Below are positions 8,166 through 24,061 of a DNA stretch of 64,000 nucleotides, piece by piece. The stretch's first letter is position 1, and every line of letters starts with the position of its first letter. Under the pieces are notes generated by a model. It was not told the origin of the DNA, ran no database searches, and was given only the letters and a program-made list of their open reading frames with translations. Made by a program: the position numbers and the translations under genes. Source of the DNA: an uncultured Thiomicrospira sp. (lineage in GTDB: Bacteria > Pseudomonadota > Gammaproteobacteria > CAKMZV01). Location of the stretch: positions 1,568,001 through 1,632,000 of the forward strand of contig OZ239628.1 in assembly GCA_965195345.1 (NCBI GenBank), read 5' to 3'.

Positions 8166-10727
8166 ATGACCACCCATACTCCTATGATGCAGCAGTACCT
8201 ACGGATAAAAGCTGATCATCCAGATATGCTGTTGTTTTATCGTATGGGCGATTTCTATGAATTATTTTTTGACGACGCTAAACGTGCTAATAGCCTTCTT
8301 GATATTACGTTAACGCACAGAGGGAAATCTAGTGGTGAACCCATCCCAATGGCTGGCGTTCCCTATCATAGCGTCGATAATTATTTGAGTCGCTTGCTTG
8401 AATTAGGTGAGTCAATCGTCATTTGTGAACAGGTTGGGGAGGTCACAGGAAAGGGCCCTGTTGAACGCCAAGTTACTCGCATCATCACTCCTGGCACTTT
8501 AATTGATGAAAACCTTTTAAAAAATTCAAGCGCAAATTATTTATTAAGCGCTTGGTGTGAGAATAACATTTGGGGCTGTGCTTGGTTGGATTTATCAAGT
8601 GGCGAATTTTGTTGCAAACAGGTTGACGATAAGCTTCAACTTGAAGCTGAAATTGAGCGCATGCACCCACAAGAGATATTAATCACTTATGAGCATGCAC
8701 TATTGCTAAAAAACGAGCGTGTGCACAACATTCCCGAATGGTGGTTTGATAAAGATAACGCTTTCAATGTCTTATGCAAACAATTTAAAACGCATGACCT
8801 ATCTGGATTCGGCGTCAACGAGAAGCCTTTGGCTTTGATGTGTGCAGGAGCTGCTTTAATATACGCGAAAGAAATGCATCGGACTTCGCTGGCACATATA
8901 AATACCATTCAAGTTGAAAACAATAACGAGTACGTCTATCTTGATGCTGTTTGTAGACGTAACCTTGAAATTGAATATAACTTGCAAGGCACACGGCTTC
9001 ATACATTAATGGCCGTTCTTGATAATACCCAGACCCCCATGGGGAAAAGACTTTTAAATCAATGGATTAATGCTCCTTTGAGAAGCAACTCAATACTAAT
9101 GCAACGTTTAAATTCCATTGAAAGTATGATGCAAAATGAGCAAAGTCCTAAGATACGCCATTTACTAAAATCATTTGGGGACATTCCACGAATATTAACA
9201 CGTATAGCCCTCGAAACAGCAAGACCTCGCGATCTCTCGCAATTAAGACTGGCGCTTGATAACATTCCCATCCTAAATGATCTTTTACAACCATGTATTG
9301 AGTCAATTAATCCTTTGAAGTCTTGTCCTGAAGTACTTGAATTATTACAAAAATCAATAGTTGAAGAACCGCCTGTACTGATTCGCGATGGAGGCGCTAT
9401 TAAGAAAGGTTTCAATGAAGAGCTGGATGACTTGCGTACATTACGCGAAAATGCTGCAGAATATTTGTTAAAACTTGAAGGAGAAGAAAAAGAACGAACA
9501 AACAACCCCAATCTGCGTGTTAGTTACAATCGCGTGCACGGCTATTACATTGAAATATCTCATGGTTTCAAAGGAGAAATACCAGCACACTATCAGCGCA
9601 GACAAACACTTAAAAATGCGGAGCGTTATATCACTCCCGAGTTGAAAAGTTTTGAGGACAAAGTATTAAGCGCGAATGAAAAGGCATTAGCGCTTGAGAA
9701 AAAACTGTTTATTGAAGTTCAAGGCAGCATTTTCAAGCATCTTAAGCTATTACAAGAGATTGCCAATCATTTTGCGTTAATCGACGTTTATTCAACGTTA
9801 GCCGAGCGCGCAACAACATTAAACTGGAACAAACCAGAATACGTAGACGACATATGTATGGACATAAAAGAAGGCAGACATCCTGTTGTGGAAGAGTCCC
9901 TCAATGAAAATTTTATTCCAAATGACTGCCACCTTGATCCTGATAAATCTTTACTGCTGATTACAGGACCTAATATGGGAGGAAAGTCGACTTATATGCG
10001 CCAAACGGCACTCATTGCTTTGCTTGCACGCAGTGGCTCTTATGTTCCAGCCAAGCATGCAAAAATAGGCAATATAGACCGTATATTTACGCGAATAGGA
10101 GCGTCCGACGATCTGGCATCCAATCGATCCACTTTTATGGTTGAGATGACAGAAACAGCCAATATTTTAAATAATGCCACGAAGCATTCTTTGATTTTAA
10201 TGGACGAAATTGGTCGCGGGACATCAACATTTGATGGATTATCTTTAGCATGGGAATGTGCTGTTTCCTTGATACAGAGGAAGGCTTTATGTTTATTTGC
10301 CACACACTATTTTGAATTAACCGCTTTAGCTCGTTCTTACGACAATGTGAATAATGTGCACCTAAAAGCAATCGAATACAAAAATGAAATTCGTTTCCTT
10401 TATCACATCGAGAATGGAGCAACCAATCAATCGTATGGTTTACAAGTTGCCCAGCTTGCAGGCATACCCCAAAAGGTTATTAAGGCGGCAAGCAAGAAGC
10501 TTTGTGAATTAGAAAATCAAAATGTAAAAATAAACAACCAACTTGACCTTTTTGTTTCTTCGGATGCGGCATTACCATTGGAGAAACAAGATAGCATTGA
10601 TGACAAGGTGCAGCCTATCATAGATGAAATAAAATCAATACAACTCAATAGTCTTTCGCCTTTACAAGCTCTGAATATTTTGTCGGACATTCAAGAAAAA
10701 ATTGAAAAAGTCAATAATGAAATATAG
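8166..10727 (+). CDS. mutS: DNA mismatch repair protein MutS
   Basis: HTPMMQQY...[12 protein letters not shown]-terminus, Walker [26 protein letters not shown]. Confidence 0.98.
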   Translation: MTTHTPMMQQYLRIKADHPDMLLFYRMGDFYELFFDDAKRANSLLDITLTHRGKSSGEPIPMAGVPYHSVDNYLSRLLELGESIVICEQVGEVTGKGPVERQVTRIITPGTLIDENLLKNSSANYLLSAWCENNIWGCAWLDLSSGEFCCKQVDDKLQLEAEIERMHPQEILITYEHALLLKNERVHNIPEWWFDKDNAFNVLCKQFKTHDLSGFGVNEKPLALMCAGAALIYAKEMHRTSLAHINTIQVENNNEYVYLDAVCRRNLEIEYNLQGTRLHTLMAVLDNTQTPMGKRLLNQWINAPLRSNSILMQRLNSIESMMQNEQSPKIRHLLKSFGDIPRILTRIALETARPRDLSQLRLALDNIPILNDLLQPCIESINPLKSCPEVLELLQKSIVEEPPVLIRDGGAIKKGFNEELDDLRTLRENAAEYLLKLEGEEKERTNNPNLRVSYNRVHGYYIEISHGFKGEIPAHYQRRQTLKNAERYITPELKSFEDKVLSANEKALALEKKLFIEVQGSIFKHLKLLQEIANHFALIDVYSTLAERATTLNWNKPEYVDDICMDIKEGRHPVVEESLNENFIPNDCHLDPDKSLLLITGPNMGGKSTYMRQTALIALLARSGSYVPAKHAKIGNIDRIFTRIGASDDLASNRSTFMVEMTETANILNNATKHSLILMDEIGRGTSTFDGLSLAWECAVSLIQRKALCLFATHYFELTALARSYDNVNNVHLKAIEYKNEIRFLYHIENGATNQSYGLQVAQLAGIPQKVIKAASKKLCELENQNVKINNQLDLFVSSDAALPLEKQDSIDDKVQPIIDEIKSIQLNSLSPLQALNILSDIQEKIEKVNNEI

Positions 10728-11332
10728 TCTATTCACAATCCGCAATTTTGATATTAAACTTAACAAGAATCACAGAGATATTTCCGAGCACCAAGAATTT
10801 CACGTACGCTAATTCAGTGAAAGGTCACTGTTTAAAATAATCTCTAGCGTGCGCTTTAGGCATCCAGCCCGCCAGTGCGCGAAAACGAAGCGCTTGATAA
10901 TTGCGCCAAATAGGTAAAACCAACAAAATTGCAAATAACTTTTTAGGCATTGACCAACTTATATCAGAAGGACAACTACTCCACCACCGGTTATTAACGC
11001 CGAAATGTTTTGTTTTCAACAATAGATGCACGACAAACTTCCAGTTATTTGAAAAATAATGAAGTTTTTTAATCATCGATCTACCGCTCTAAAAGTTACT
11101 AAAATGCTGGTTTCATGTCCAATCATAGATAACACATGGAATAACCGAGGGGATGAGAGATAAGGCATTTAGAGGATTATATCCTAAAAGCATACCTGCA
11201 CTATTTTAACATTCTTTCTATATATCACCTTCATGATAAGATCTCATCAGACCACCAAATTACTCCAATATTAAGGATGTGCTTTTCAAATTTACAAAAC
11301 TGTAATGCAACAATGGTAGAATCTGTCAAGTT

Positions 11333-12073
11333 ATGCGTTCGGTTATATTTTATTTGTGTATTACTTTTTTCAGCTCCTTTGCTGTAGCAGAAGCGTGGCG
11401 CTTTGAAAGTGGCAACAACAAGGTCCAACTGATTGAGCTATTTACTTCACATGGGTGCAGCTCTTGCCCTCCTGCTGAAAAATGGATCAACAAATACAAA
11501 AATAATTCAAAATTGTGGAATCGTTTTGTTCCAGTTTCCTTTCATGTCGATTATTGGAATTTCCTTGGATGGAAAGATCCTTATTCAAACGCATCTTATT
11601 CGCAACGCCAATATAACCATGTATCAAATAGCAACCTAAGTTATCGATATACACCTGGATTTGTAGTCAACGGGAAAGAATGGAAAGGATTTTTCTTTCA
11701 TCACCCTCTTCCTCTACTCACTCAATCGGCAAAAAATTTAAGCGTCCATGTTGTTGATAATTCGTTACTTGTTCGTTACGAGAATGCAAAATCGGACGAG
11801 TTAATTGTCAATGTTGCCACTCTTGGATTTGGTTTGAAGGACGCTATAGAGCGCGGAGAAAATAAGGGCAAAGTTCTCGAGAGTGATTTTGTTGTTTTAC
11901 ATTTCAAACAAAAACCTTCTAAAACTGGAGTTTGGAACGTTGTTTTGCCTGAAAGCATAGATGTCCAAGGAGCCAATAAATTGGCTTTAGCAGTATGGGT
12001 AAGTGATTTACAACAGCGACCTATTCAGGCAACGGGAAACTGGGCACCTAAGTCATGGTTGCTTACTAAGTAG
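11333..12073 (+). CDS. Secreted DUF1223-family thioredoxin-like protein
   Basis: Signal peptide; ELFTSHGCSSCPPAE, FHVDYWNFLGWKDPY and YTPGFVVNG motifs. Confidence 0.85.
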   Translation: MRSVIFYLCITFFSSFAVAEAWRFESGNNKVQLIELFTSHGCSSCPPAEKWINKYKNNSKLWNRFVPVSFHVDYWNFLGWKDPYSNASYSQRQYNHVSNSNLSYRYTPGFVVNGKEWKGFFFHHPLPLLTQSAKNLSVHVVDNSLLVRYENAKSDELIVNVATLGFGLKDAIERGENKGKVLESDFVVLHFKQKPSKTGVWNVVLPESIDVQGANKLALAVWVSDLQQRPIQATGNWAPKSWLLTK

Positions 12074-12127
12074 TAACTTCTTGAGTTTACTACTTGAATT
12101 AAGAATTTTTGGACTATCAAATCAGTT

Positions 12128-12748
12128 TTAATCTTTAGCATAGAAAATGCTCAAAGTCCTTCGCTTTTTTAAACTTATCATCCTCCAGGACAATAAAGCT
12201 ATGAAAACAATTGCATACAAAATAGGTTCTACTAAATCTGCTTTGACTAAAAGCAGGAAATGAACGACGCCCAAAACAGGTACTATATATATCCAATTGT
12301 GGATTTTTTGCCATGTTTTTTTAAGCTTCCTACGCAAACCTTGCGTTGATGTCACAGCTAACAAAAGCATAATCAACACAGCAATCATGCCAACCCAAAC
12401 GTATGGGTGTTCTAGCAAATCAATCCAAATCTCTTGCCAATAAAAACCCAAATCAACGCCAAAGTATATAACTGCGTGTAACGCAGCATAATAGAAAGCA
12501 AATAACCCTAATTGACGGCGATATTGCATGATTTGAAAAAAACCAAAAACCTCTTGCGCTGGCCTAATCATCAAAGTCACCCCAAGGAAAAAAAGTGATA
12601 ACTGCCCTGTCTGATGGGTAGCATACTCAATGGGATTTCCTCCGAGGCTGTCTGTGTAGATTCCCCATGCAAAATAGATGGAAGGAAGCACTGAACCCAC
12701 AAACAATGCCATTCGCCAAAAGGACCATTGATACATGTTATATATCAA
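12128..12748 (-). CDS. msrQ: Methionine sulfoxide reductase heme-binding membrane subunit MsrQ
   Basis: YRRQLGLFAFYYAALH and LAVTS...WQKIHNWIY motifs; downstream of msrP. Confidence 0.92.
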   Translation of the reverse strand: MIYNMYQWSFWRMALFVGSVLPSIYFAWGIYTDSLGGNPIEYATHQTGQLSLFFLGVTLMIRPAQEVFGFFQIMQYRRQLGLFAFYYAALHAVIYFGVDLGFYWQEIWIDLLEHPYVWVGMIAVLIMLLLAVTSTQGLRRKLKKTWQKIHNWIYIVPVLGVVHFLLLVKADLVEPILYAIVFIALLSWRMISLKKRRTLSIFYAKD

Positions 12749-13674
12749 TAGTACTTAGTTAGATTCATTCCTTCATAAAGATCAGCAACTTGTTCTCGAT
12801 ATCCATTAAATGGTAGCGTATTAACTTTCCCAAAACTACCAAGTGGGCGCTCGCGACTTTGCAGCCAACGTGGATGGTGGACATCAGGGTTAACGTTAGA
12901 ATAGAATCCGTATTCGCTAGGAGCGGCTTCATTCCATGCGGTTTTGGGCATCTCTTCCATAAAATGAATTTTATTTATTGACTTAATGCTTTTAAAGCCA
13001 TACTTCCATGGAACCACTAAGCGTATAGGCGCGCCGTTTTGAGGCAACAATTCCTTCCCATATAAGCCAACTGCTAAAATTGTCAGTGGATGCATTGCTT
13101 CATCCATCCGTAATCCCTCATGATAGGGCCATTTCAGCACAGGGTAACGTTGCCCTCTTAAGACTTTTGGATCATAAATAGTAGAAAAACGAACGTATTT
13201 TGCTTTACTTGTAGGCTGGAATTGATTGATCAAATGGCGAAGTTCAAAACCGTTCCACGGAACAACCATAGACCAACGCTCCACGCATCGAAAACGATAG
13301 ACTCTTTCTTCAAGTGGAAATTTCAGCAATTCTTCCATGCCTATTTTCCCTGGGTTTTTCACTTCCCCAGACACCTCAATTGTCCAAGGATCATACTTTT
13401 TCAAGGCTTTATCCATCCACTTTCTATTACGAGCTGGATCAGATTTATCTGTGCCTAATTCATAAAAATTATTATAAGTTGTAACGCGTTTATAACTTGT
13501 ATGCTTCAAATCAACACTCATCTCTGGATTTATTTTTCCAAGATGAGCAAAGGCAGAAGGGATCATCAGGCTTGTCGCACCGACCAAACCTGCTTTCATT
13601 AATGCTCTGCGTTGATCAAATACCGATTCTGAGGTTATTTCGTTAGAGGATATTTTGGGAATTTTAAATGACAT
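12745..13674 (-). CDS. msrP: Periplasmic molybdoenzyme MsrP
   Basis: Tat signal (RRALMK); YNNFYELG, YRFRCVERWSMVVPW and GAPIRLVVPWKYGFKSIK motifs. Start placed at ATG 13674. Confidence 0.95.
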   Translation of the reverse strand: MSFKIPKISSNEITSESVFDQRRALMKAGLVGATSLMIPSAFAHLGKINPEMSVDLKHTSYKRVTTYNNFYELGTDKSDPARNRKWMDKALKKYDPWTIEVSGEVKNPGKIGMEELLKFPLEERVYRFRCVERWSMVVPWNGFELRHLINQFQPTSKAKYVRFSTIYDPKVLRGQRYPVLKWPYHEGLRMDEAMHPLTILAVGLYGKELLPQNGAPIRLVVPWKYGFKSIKSINKIHFMEEMPKTAWNEAAPSEYGFYSNVNPDVHHPRWLQSRERPLGSFGKVNTLPFNGYREQVADLYEGMNLTKYY

Positions 13675-14029
13675 GAATAGAACCAACTAGTTGTAGTAAA
13701 ACATTTTTAAATATGTGATTACATGTGAATTATTTTAATCGAACAATCCTATTAATTTAAAGGTTATTCTAACTTATGAAAAATAAAAAAGTCATATAAA
13801 TTATGCTCTGTAATTTACTTTTTCCCCTACGCTTAGCATTAAAAACAATGTTCCTAAAACTCAACACCTTATCCTCAGCAATGACATAAAATCACTCGAG
13901 GGGGATTATCTATTTTACAATGCCATTGCATAATTAGAAAAATTGATTGCTTGAAATCAGATTCAATACTATAGTACATAATCAATATCTCATGTCAAGC
14001 TCTAAACCAAAAGCATCAAAAGAATAACT

Positions 14030-15238
14030 ATGAAAAGTAAATTGCTTAGTCCTTTGACAGTCATAATAACCGCTTCATTATTAGTTACTCTTTCTCTCGG
14101 ATTCCGTCAATCTTTAGGAGTTTATACAGCTCCTTTTGATGAGATAAGTGATGCTGGTCGACAAATGTTTGGACTAGCAATTGCTGTGCAAAATTTGCTT
14201 TGGGGTATTGCCGCTCCTATTTTCGGAGGGCTTGCTGATCGCTATGGCGCGCATAAATCCGCCCTAATCGGAGCCATACTTTACTCCATGGGCTTGTTTT
14301 TCATGCAGGATGCAAGCTTAACGAATCTTTTTTCAGGACAAATATTGATTGGGCTTGGCTTAGGCGCTTGTGGAATGTCTACTGCTCTCGGGGCTGTATC
14401 AAAAATAAGTACTCCGGAAAAACGCTCCATGCTCCTCGGTGTCGTATCAGCTGCTGGATCACTTGGTCAATTCTTGCTGGTACCTATTGCTGGGCAATTA
14501 CTAATGGAATTTGGCTGGGCTTCATCATTACTTATTCTAAGCATGATTGCAACAATTATGATTCCTCTATCCTATGGTTTGAAAGGATCTCATATTCGAC
14601 AGCCTGAAAAAGGCAATCATTTTTCAACCAAAGAAGCCATCTCTCAAGCTTTTAATCATCGAGACTACTTATTGCTTATGGCTGGTTTTTTTGTATGTGG
14701 CTTTCAGGTTGTTTTTGTTGCAACGCATTTAATCGCTTATTTAGTTGAGCATCATATTTCTTCAGAGATTGCCTCGTGGTCTTTGGCGTTAGTTGGACTT
14801 TTCAACATATTTGGAACGCTATTGTGCGGCTATTTGGGAGGGAAGTATCGCAAAAAAGTGATTTTGACTTGGTTTTATTTGCTTCGATCACTCGTCATCG
14901 CATTATTTTTAATCTTACCACTAACCCCGATAACGGCTATAGGGTTTGGTGCGCTTATAGGTTTTCTCTGGTTAGGAACCGTTCCATTAACCAGTGGACT
15001 AGTCATCTATTTTTTTGGAGTACGTTACGTGACTTTAATATACGGAATTATATTTTTCTCACATCAATTGGGTTCTTTTCTGGGTGCTTGGCTTGGTGGT
15101 TGGGCTTACGAGAACTTTCAAAGTTACTCAATTGTGTGGGGTTTGGCTATTTTATTTGGGATTATTTCCGCCGCTTTGCATCACCCTATTCGTGAGTCTG
15201 CACCCAAAGTTGAAATAAAATCGGAGTCTATCACCTGA
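14030..15238 (+). CDS. MFS transporter
   Basis: About 12 hydrophobic segments; motif A GGLADRYG; GFFVCGFQ and HQLGSFLGAWLGG. Confidence 0.9.
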   Translation: MKSKLLSPLTVIITASLLVTLSLGFRQSLGVYTAPFDEISDAGRQMFGLAIAVQNLLWGIAAPIFGGLADRYGAHKSALIGAILYSMGLFFMQDASLTNLFSGQILIGLGLGACGMSTALGAVSKISTPEKRSMLLGVVSAAGSLGQFLLVPIAGQLLMEFGWASSLLILSMIATIMIPLSYGLKGSHIRQPEKGNHFSTKEAISQAFNHRDYLLLMAGFFVCGFQVVFVATHLIAYLVEHHISSEIASWSLALVGLFNIFGTLLCGYLGGKYRKKVILTWFYLLRSLVIALFLILPLTPITAIGFGALIGFLWLGTVPLTSGLVIYFFGVRYVTLIYGIIFFSHQLGSFLGAWLGGWAYENFQSYSIVWGLAILFGIISAALHHPIRESAPKVEIKSESIT

Positions 15239-15768
15239 TAACGAGTAATAGTCTCTGCATCGAATGCTGCCATTAAAACAACTTCAGAAAAATCTACTTT
15301 CCAATTAATAGGAAATAAAACGTGTTGTTGCAAATTTTTACCAAATTCAATACAAGGGCAAAAAGTTTCGTTATCGTTCCTGTATCCAAGTGCATTGCAA
15401 CCTTTGCTAATTTGCGAATGAAAACTTTCTAATTCAAAAGATACTCCACCATACGCTGCGAGTATGGGAGAGTCAAGTTGAGGGAAGTTTCCAAGACTTG
15501 ATAATGCAATATTTGGAAGTTTTGAGAACCGCATCGCTTGAATTAAACCAAGAAAGTTATTAGCACCTCGTCGAGTGATGCTACCAATGCTGTATAGCCT
15601 AATAAACCAATCTGATGGATCGCACCAATGTAAGGAGTCCAAGCGTGTGTCTTTTCGGACTGCACTGAGTTTATCGTGTATCAATTCAATGGACTGATCT
15701 GACGGAATAAAGGCAAGAAAAGACTTTTCACAAATAACAGGTCCTGTATCAGGAGGTATGTCAGTCAT
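15181..15768 (-). CDS. 2H phosphoesterase / ThpR-like protein with degenerate catalytic motifs
   Basis: ThpR-like layout (FLAF..., LHW..P.DW.I.L..IG, GNFP, LGY....FCPCIEFG, FSEVVLM, TRYQVI), but neither HxT/S motif is present. Confidence 0.55.
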   Translation of the reverse strand: MTDIPPDTGPVICEKSFLAFIPSDQSIELIHDKLSAVRKDTRLDSLHWCDPSDWFIRLYSIGSITRRGANNFLGLIQAMRFSKLPNIALSSLGNFPQLDSPILAAYGGVSFELESFHSQISKGCNALGYRNDNETFCPCIEFGKNLQQHVLFPINWKVDFSEVVLMAAFDAETITRYQVIDSDFISTLGADSRIG

Positions 15769-16049
15769 TCCTTAACGACCCAGTACCAAGTTTCATCTTT
15801 CTTAATACGTCCCAAATTACGCCTTGCAATTCCTTCTAATGCTTCTGGATATTTACGCAAAATTTCAACGTCAACTTGCAACTTCACCAATTCATTTTGA
15901 GCTGCACTGTTAGCGTCTTGTTGTTGAACGATTGCTTGATTACGTTTTATAAGACTAACTATTCCCGTACTTCCAAACCATAACCGTGCCTGAAGCACTA
16001 ATACCACAATTACCGCCAATCCGATGTATAACTTCGTATTAAACTGCAT
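15765..16049 (-). CDS. ftsB: Cell division protein FtsB
   Basis: TM helix followed by LQARLWFG..G, a coiled coil and EGIARRNLGRIKKDET; follows eno. Confidence 0.9.
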   Translation of the reverse strand: MQFNTKLYIGLAVIVVLVLQARLWFGSTGIVSLIKRNQAIVQQQDANSAAQNELVKLQVDVEILRKYPEALEGIARRNLGRIKKDETWYWVVKE

Positions 16050-16050
16050 A

Positions 16051-17358
<1,308 letters not shown>

Positions 17359-17369
17359 TTATCTCCTTT

Positions 17370-19918
<2,549 letters not shown>

Positions 19919-20112
19919 TCAAAAACAAATCAAACATCTTACAAAGTAGAGCGCGCTTTTGCTGTTTTGAATACTTATAAGAAAAAGTCATCAGTGGACG
20001 TAAAGAAGGCTAAAAATGCTGGTTCTTAAAACATTTCGACTTATAAAGCCACACTAAAAAAATTCAACGCTGACTTGAAATTTACTGAAGACTTACCTAA
20101 AAACTCTCGTGC

Positions 20113-21513
20113 TCATCTTCCGTACTTATCTTCTACCCGTTCAATGTCGTCTTCGCCCGTATACTCCCCTACTTGAACTTCAATCATTACCAGATCTTCG
20201 CTCTCGTGATTTTCTAAACGATGCAACTGTCCCATTTTTATATAAGTCGACTCATTTGGATAGACAATAAATATATCCTCACCCACTGTAACCGTTGCTT
20301 TTCCAGAAACAACAACCCAATGCTCATTGCGATAGCGATGCTTTTGTAAAGATAACCTACCCGATGTTTTAACCACGATCCGTTTAACCTTGTAACCCGT
20401 TCCTACTGCAAGGATTTCATAACTTCCCCATGGACGGTGTGCTTTTTGATGAATTTCAGTCAATTCTGGAATGGACTGTTTTATCAAGGTCACTAGCCCC
20501 TTGATGCCTTGAGAAGAACCAATCTTCGATATCATCAAAGCATCGCTTGTATCGACAATCAGTGTATCCTCTATATCAAGCAATGAGATGTGCCTCGTGT
20601 CGGAAACAATTAAATTATTTTTTGAATTAATGCATATAGGCTCAGGATCATCTGCTGATTGCTTCAAATTAGAATTTGAGGAAGAGTCATTATCAATAAC
20701 TTCTTTCAATGAATCAAAGCTACCCACATCAGACCAACCCATATCGCATACAACTACTTTAACTGCATCCGAATGCTCCATCACTGCATAGTCAATACTT
20801 TCATCTGGTATCAATTGCATGTGCTCCATTAAAATTTGTAGGGAGTCTTCAGAATTTCTTTGTGCGGAATCATATGCCAATTTTGAACGCTCAAATATTT
20901 CCCCATTAAATTTTTTCAACTCCTCTAAGTAAACACCTGCTTGGAAACAAAACATGCCACTATTCCATAAATAATTGCTTTTCTTTAAATAAGATTGGGC
21001 AACATCTAAAGTGGGTTTTTCATTGAACGACAGTACACGACTCCCTTCAACTTCTATGTAGCCATAGCCCGTTTCAGGTTTATCAGGTTTAATTCCAAAA
21101 GTAACCAGCCCCCCTTCTTTCGCTAATAAGAAGGCATTATTAACTGCTTCATTATAAGCACTTACATTTCTAATCAAATGATCTGAAGGTACAACCAAAG
21201 CAACTTCTTCTGGATCCATATCAAAACATGCCAAAGCAATAGCTGGTGCTGAATTTTTCCCAATAGGTTCAATTAAAAAGTTTAAATCGTCGGTGTTTTT
21301 TAATACCCCTTCTAACTGATCAATCGCCAAAAAGTATTGATCCTGATTTGAAACAACCATTAATTTCGAGCATAAACTTTGATTTCTTTCAATCGTTTGC
21401 TGAAATAAAGAACGCCCCTCAAACATCCTCACAAATTGCTTAGGCATTAGCTTTCGACTTAATGGCCAAAGCCTTGTTCCAGAACCTCCAGCTAATATAA
21501 TTCCTTTAATCAT
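20113..21513 (-). CDS. manC: Mannose-1-phosphate guanylyltransferase / mannose-6-phosphate isomerase
   Basis: ILAGGSGTRLWPLSR..PKQF, WNSGMF, SIDYAVME, and a C-terminal cupin RPWG...LSLQKH..R.EHW. Confidence 0.95.
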   Translation of the reverse strand: MIKGIILAGGSGTRLWPLSRKLMPKQFVRMFEGRSLFQQTIERNQSLCSKLMVVSNQDQYFLAIDQLEGVLKNTDDLNFLIEPIGKNSAPAIALACFDMDPEEVALVVPSDHLIRNVSAYNEAVNNAFLLAKEGGLVTFGIKPDKPETGYGYIEVEGSRVLSFNEKPTLDVAQSYLKKSNYLWNSGMFCFQAGVYLEELKKFNGEIFERSKLAYDSAQRNSEDSLQILMEHMQLIPDESIDYAVMEHSDAVKVVVCDMGWSDVGSFDSLKEVIDNDSSSNSNLKQSADDPEPICINSKNNLIVSDTRHISLLDIEDTLIVDTSDALMISKIGSSQGIKGLVTLIKQSIPELTEIHQKAHRPWGSYEILAVGTGYKVKRIVVKTSGRLSLQKHRYRNEHWVVVSGKATVTVGEDIFIVYPNESTYIKMGQLHRLENHESEDLVMIEVQVGEYTGEDDIERVEDKYGR

Positions 21514-21549
21514 AATCTTCCAAGCATCATCAAATACAAAATACGCTAT

Positions 21550-22641
21550 TCATACGTTAAATAAAAAGTGAATAACGTCGCCATCGTTAACAATATACCC
21601 TTTCCCCTCTAATCGCAACAAACCTTTTTCCCTTGCCCCTGCTTCACCATTGCATGCGATATAACTGTCAAAGTCAATCACTTCGGCGCGAATAAAGCCT
21701 TTTTCAAAATCGGTGTGAATTTTTCCTGCTGCTTGCGGTGCACTTGCGCCAATTGGAAGCGTCCAAGCACGCACCTCTTTTTCTCCAGCAGTAAAATACG
21801 TCTGCAACCCAAGCAATTCATAGCCTGCCCTAATCAATCGATTCAAACCTGGTTCAACCAAACCTAAATCGGATAAAAATAATGCCTGTTCCTCCAAATC
21901 CAATGCTGCAATTTCCCCTTCAATTTGAACACATATCGCTAAAACTGCCGCATTATCTTTTTCAGCTTGGGCTTTTACTTTATCCAACAAAGGGTTTTCT
22001 TTTAAACCATTTTCGTCCACATTAGCAACATAAAGCAAAGGCTTTGACGTCAAAAGCTGAAAAACAGACAATACGCTCAACTGTTCCTCCGTCCATTGAA
22101 ATGTACGCAACCACAATCCTTTTTCTAAATGTTCTTTTGCCTGCTCCAGAGTTTCAATAGCAGCCAGCACAGATTTATCACCCGATTTAGTTTGTTTCTT
22201 ATAACGCTCGATTGCTTTCTCAACACTTGCTAAGTCAGCTAATGCCAACTCATAATTAATAACTTCAATATCTTCAATCGGATCTACTTCTCCCGAAACA
22301 TGCACCACATTATCGTCACTGAAACATCGAACCACTTCCACTATCGCATCCGTTTCCCGAATATTGGCAAGAAATTGATTGCCTAACCCTTCGCCAGTTG
22401 AGGCACCTTTAACCAACCCAGCTATGTCAACAAACTCCATCGCTGCAGGTATTACTTTTTGTGGGTGCACCACATCGGCTAACTGCTGCAACCGCAAATC
22501 GGGAACAGGCACAATGCCTACATTTGGTTCAATAGTACAAAAAGGATAATTAGCCGCTTCAATTTGAGCATTAGTCAGCGCATTAAATAATGTTGACTTC
22601 CCAACATTTGGCAATCCTACAATACCGCATTTAAATCCCAT
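21550..22641 (-). CDS. ychF: Redox-regulated ATPase YchF
   Basis: [28 protein letters not shown] and a C-terminal TGS domain. Confidence 0.98.
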   Translation of the reverse strand: MGFKCGIVGLPNVGKSTLFNALTNAQIEAANYPFCTIEPNVGIVPVPDLRLQQLADVVHPQKVIPAAMEFVDIAGLVKGASTGEGLGNQFLANIRETDAIVEVVRCFSDDNVVHVSGEVDPIEDIEVINYELALADLASVEKAIERYKKQTKSGDKSVLAAIETLEQAKEHLEKGLWLRTFQWTEEQLSVLSVFQLLTSKPLLYVANVDENGLKENPLLDKVKAQAEKDNAAVLAICVQIEGEIAALDLEEQALFLSDLGLVEPGLNRLIRAGYELLGLQTYFTAGEKEVRAWTLPIGASAPQAAGKIHTDFEKGFIRAEVIDFDSYIACNGEAGAREKGLLRLEGKGYIVNDGDVIHFLFNV

Positions 22642-23240
22642 CAATTGACCTCACTGGATTGGTTAACATTATTGCCATGTAAATCATTCATTGCTTTTTC
22701 ATAGTCCCCTCGCAAAATACCATCCATCTCCTGTACAAAACCACCTATTCTTTGCATGATTTCCTCCGCTTCATTTAATGGTGGATTCGATAGAACATAC
22801 GAACTCACCAAATCAGGAGAACCAGGATGATCAATGCCGATGCGTACTCGAGCAAAACCATCTCCCCCACAATGGCGGATACAATCGCGTAAGCCATTAT
22901 GTCCTCCATGCCCACCACCTAATTTTAGACGTATTTTCCCTACTGGGAAATCTAATTCATCATGCGCAATTAATATTGATTCTAAAGGGATCTTGTGATA
23001 TCGCATCAGCTGACCAACACCTTGTCCATTCTGATTCATATACTGATCGGAATGGTATAGGAAAACTTTCTCACCTTCAAATTCAAATGCAGCTATTTGC
23101 CCTGTGAAATTTGGCTTTTTTTTGAATTCAGATTGATAACGTCGTGCTAATAAATGCAGAAACCAAATCCCAGCATTATGTCTATTAAAAACATATTTGC
23201 TTCCAGGATTCCCTAAACCAACGATCAACCGTGTTTTCAT
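22641..23240 (-). CDS. pth: Peptidyl-tRNA hydrolase
   Basis: [30 protein letters not shown]. Confidence 0.97.
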   Translation of the reverse strand: MKTRLIVGLGNPGSKYVFNRHNAGIWFLHLLARRYQSEFKKKPNFTGQIAAFEFEGEKVFLYHSDQYMNQNGQGVGQLMRYHKIPLESILIAHDELDFPVGKIRLKLGGGHGGHNGLRDCIRHCGGDGFARVRIGIDHPGSPDLVSSYVLSNPPLNEAEEIMQRIGGFVQEMDGILRGDYEKAMNDLHGNNVNQSSEVN

Positions 23241-23320
23241 CAAAAAATTCTCAAGTAAGACGTCTTAAAACAGCGATGCCGCATAATGCGGCATCGTATC
23301 AAGTGTTATACAAATGCTTT

Positions 23321-23899
23321 TTATCGCACTTTACCGACGATCAAAACAGCATGGTCGTATTCCGTTCCACCTTTGCGCAACGCAACCAAATCAACGCCTT
23401 TAGGCAATTGCACATCCGACATTTTCATTGATACACCACTTTCAAGCATACTGCAATCGATGTTGATAGATTCTGGCAAATCCTTTGGCAAACAACGCAC
23501 TTCGACAGTTGACATCAAAGGAGTTAACAACGCGCCCAACTTAACAGCAGCGGATTTTTCCACGCCATCAAAACTCAACGGAACTTTTTTAGTAAGCATG
23601 CGTTTTTCATCCAAACGTTGAAAGTCAATATGATTGATTTTATTTGCAAAAGGATGGCGTTGTAAATCTTTGATAATGACTTTTTCAGCTTTGCCATCTA
23701 TTTTCAAAGTAATGATAGTAGTGAATATTCGCTCATCTTCAAGCATGTTCCATAGCATATTATGATCAACCCCAAGTGATACAGGCTTGCTATTCCCACC
23801 ATAGACTATTGCCGGCACTACGCCTGATAGACGAAGACGGCGGCTCGCACCCTTCCCTTCATCGGTACGTTTTTTTGATTCCAAAGTAAACTCAGACAT
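23321..23899 (-). CDS. rplY: 50S ribosomal protein L25 (Ctc form)
   Basis: GKGASRRLR...VPAIVYG and QRHPF...HIDFQR. Confidence 0.97.
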   Translation of the reverse strand: MSEFTLESKKRTDEGKGASRRLRLSGVVPAIVYGGNSKPVSLGVDHNMLWNMLEDERIFTTIITLKIDGKAEKVIIKDLQRHPFANKINHIDFQRLDEKRMLTKKVPLSFDGVEKSAAVKLGALLTPLMSTVEVRCLPKDLPESINIDCSMLESGVSMKMSDVQLPKGVDLVALRKGGTEYDHAVLIVGKVR

Positions 23900-24061
23900 T
23901 CTAAACTCCTAAAAATTAATGTAGACACCATCCAATGCTTGGTATGCTCTACAATATAAAAACCTATCAACACCGCGACCAGTGTTTAGTTCAAAAATTT
24001 AACACTGTAAACAAAACATTGACAACCACTCACAAATTGTTTACACAATAAAGCGCGCGTA

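Noticed and set aside
10825-11076. 83-aa minus-strand ORF after mutS
   Set aside because: No recognisable motif, RBS or IS ends; unsupported.
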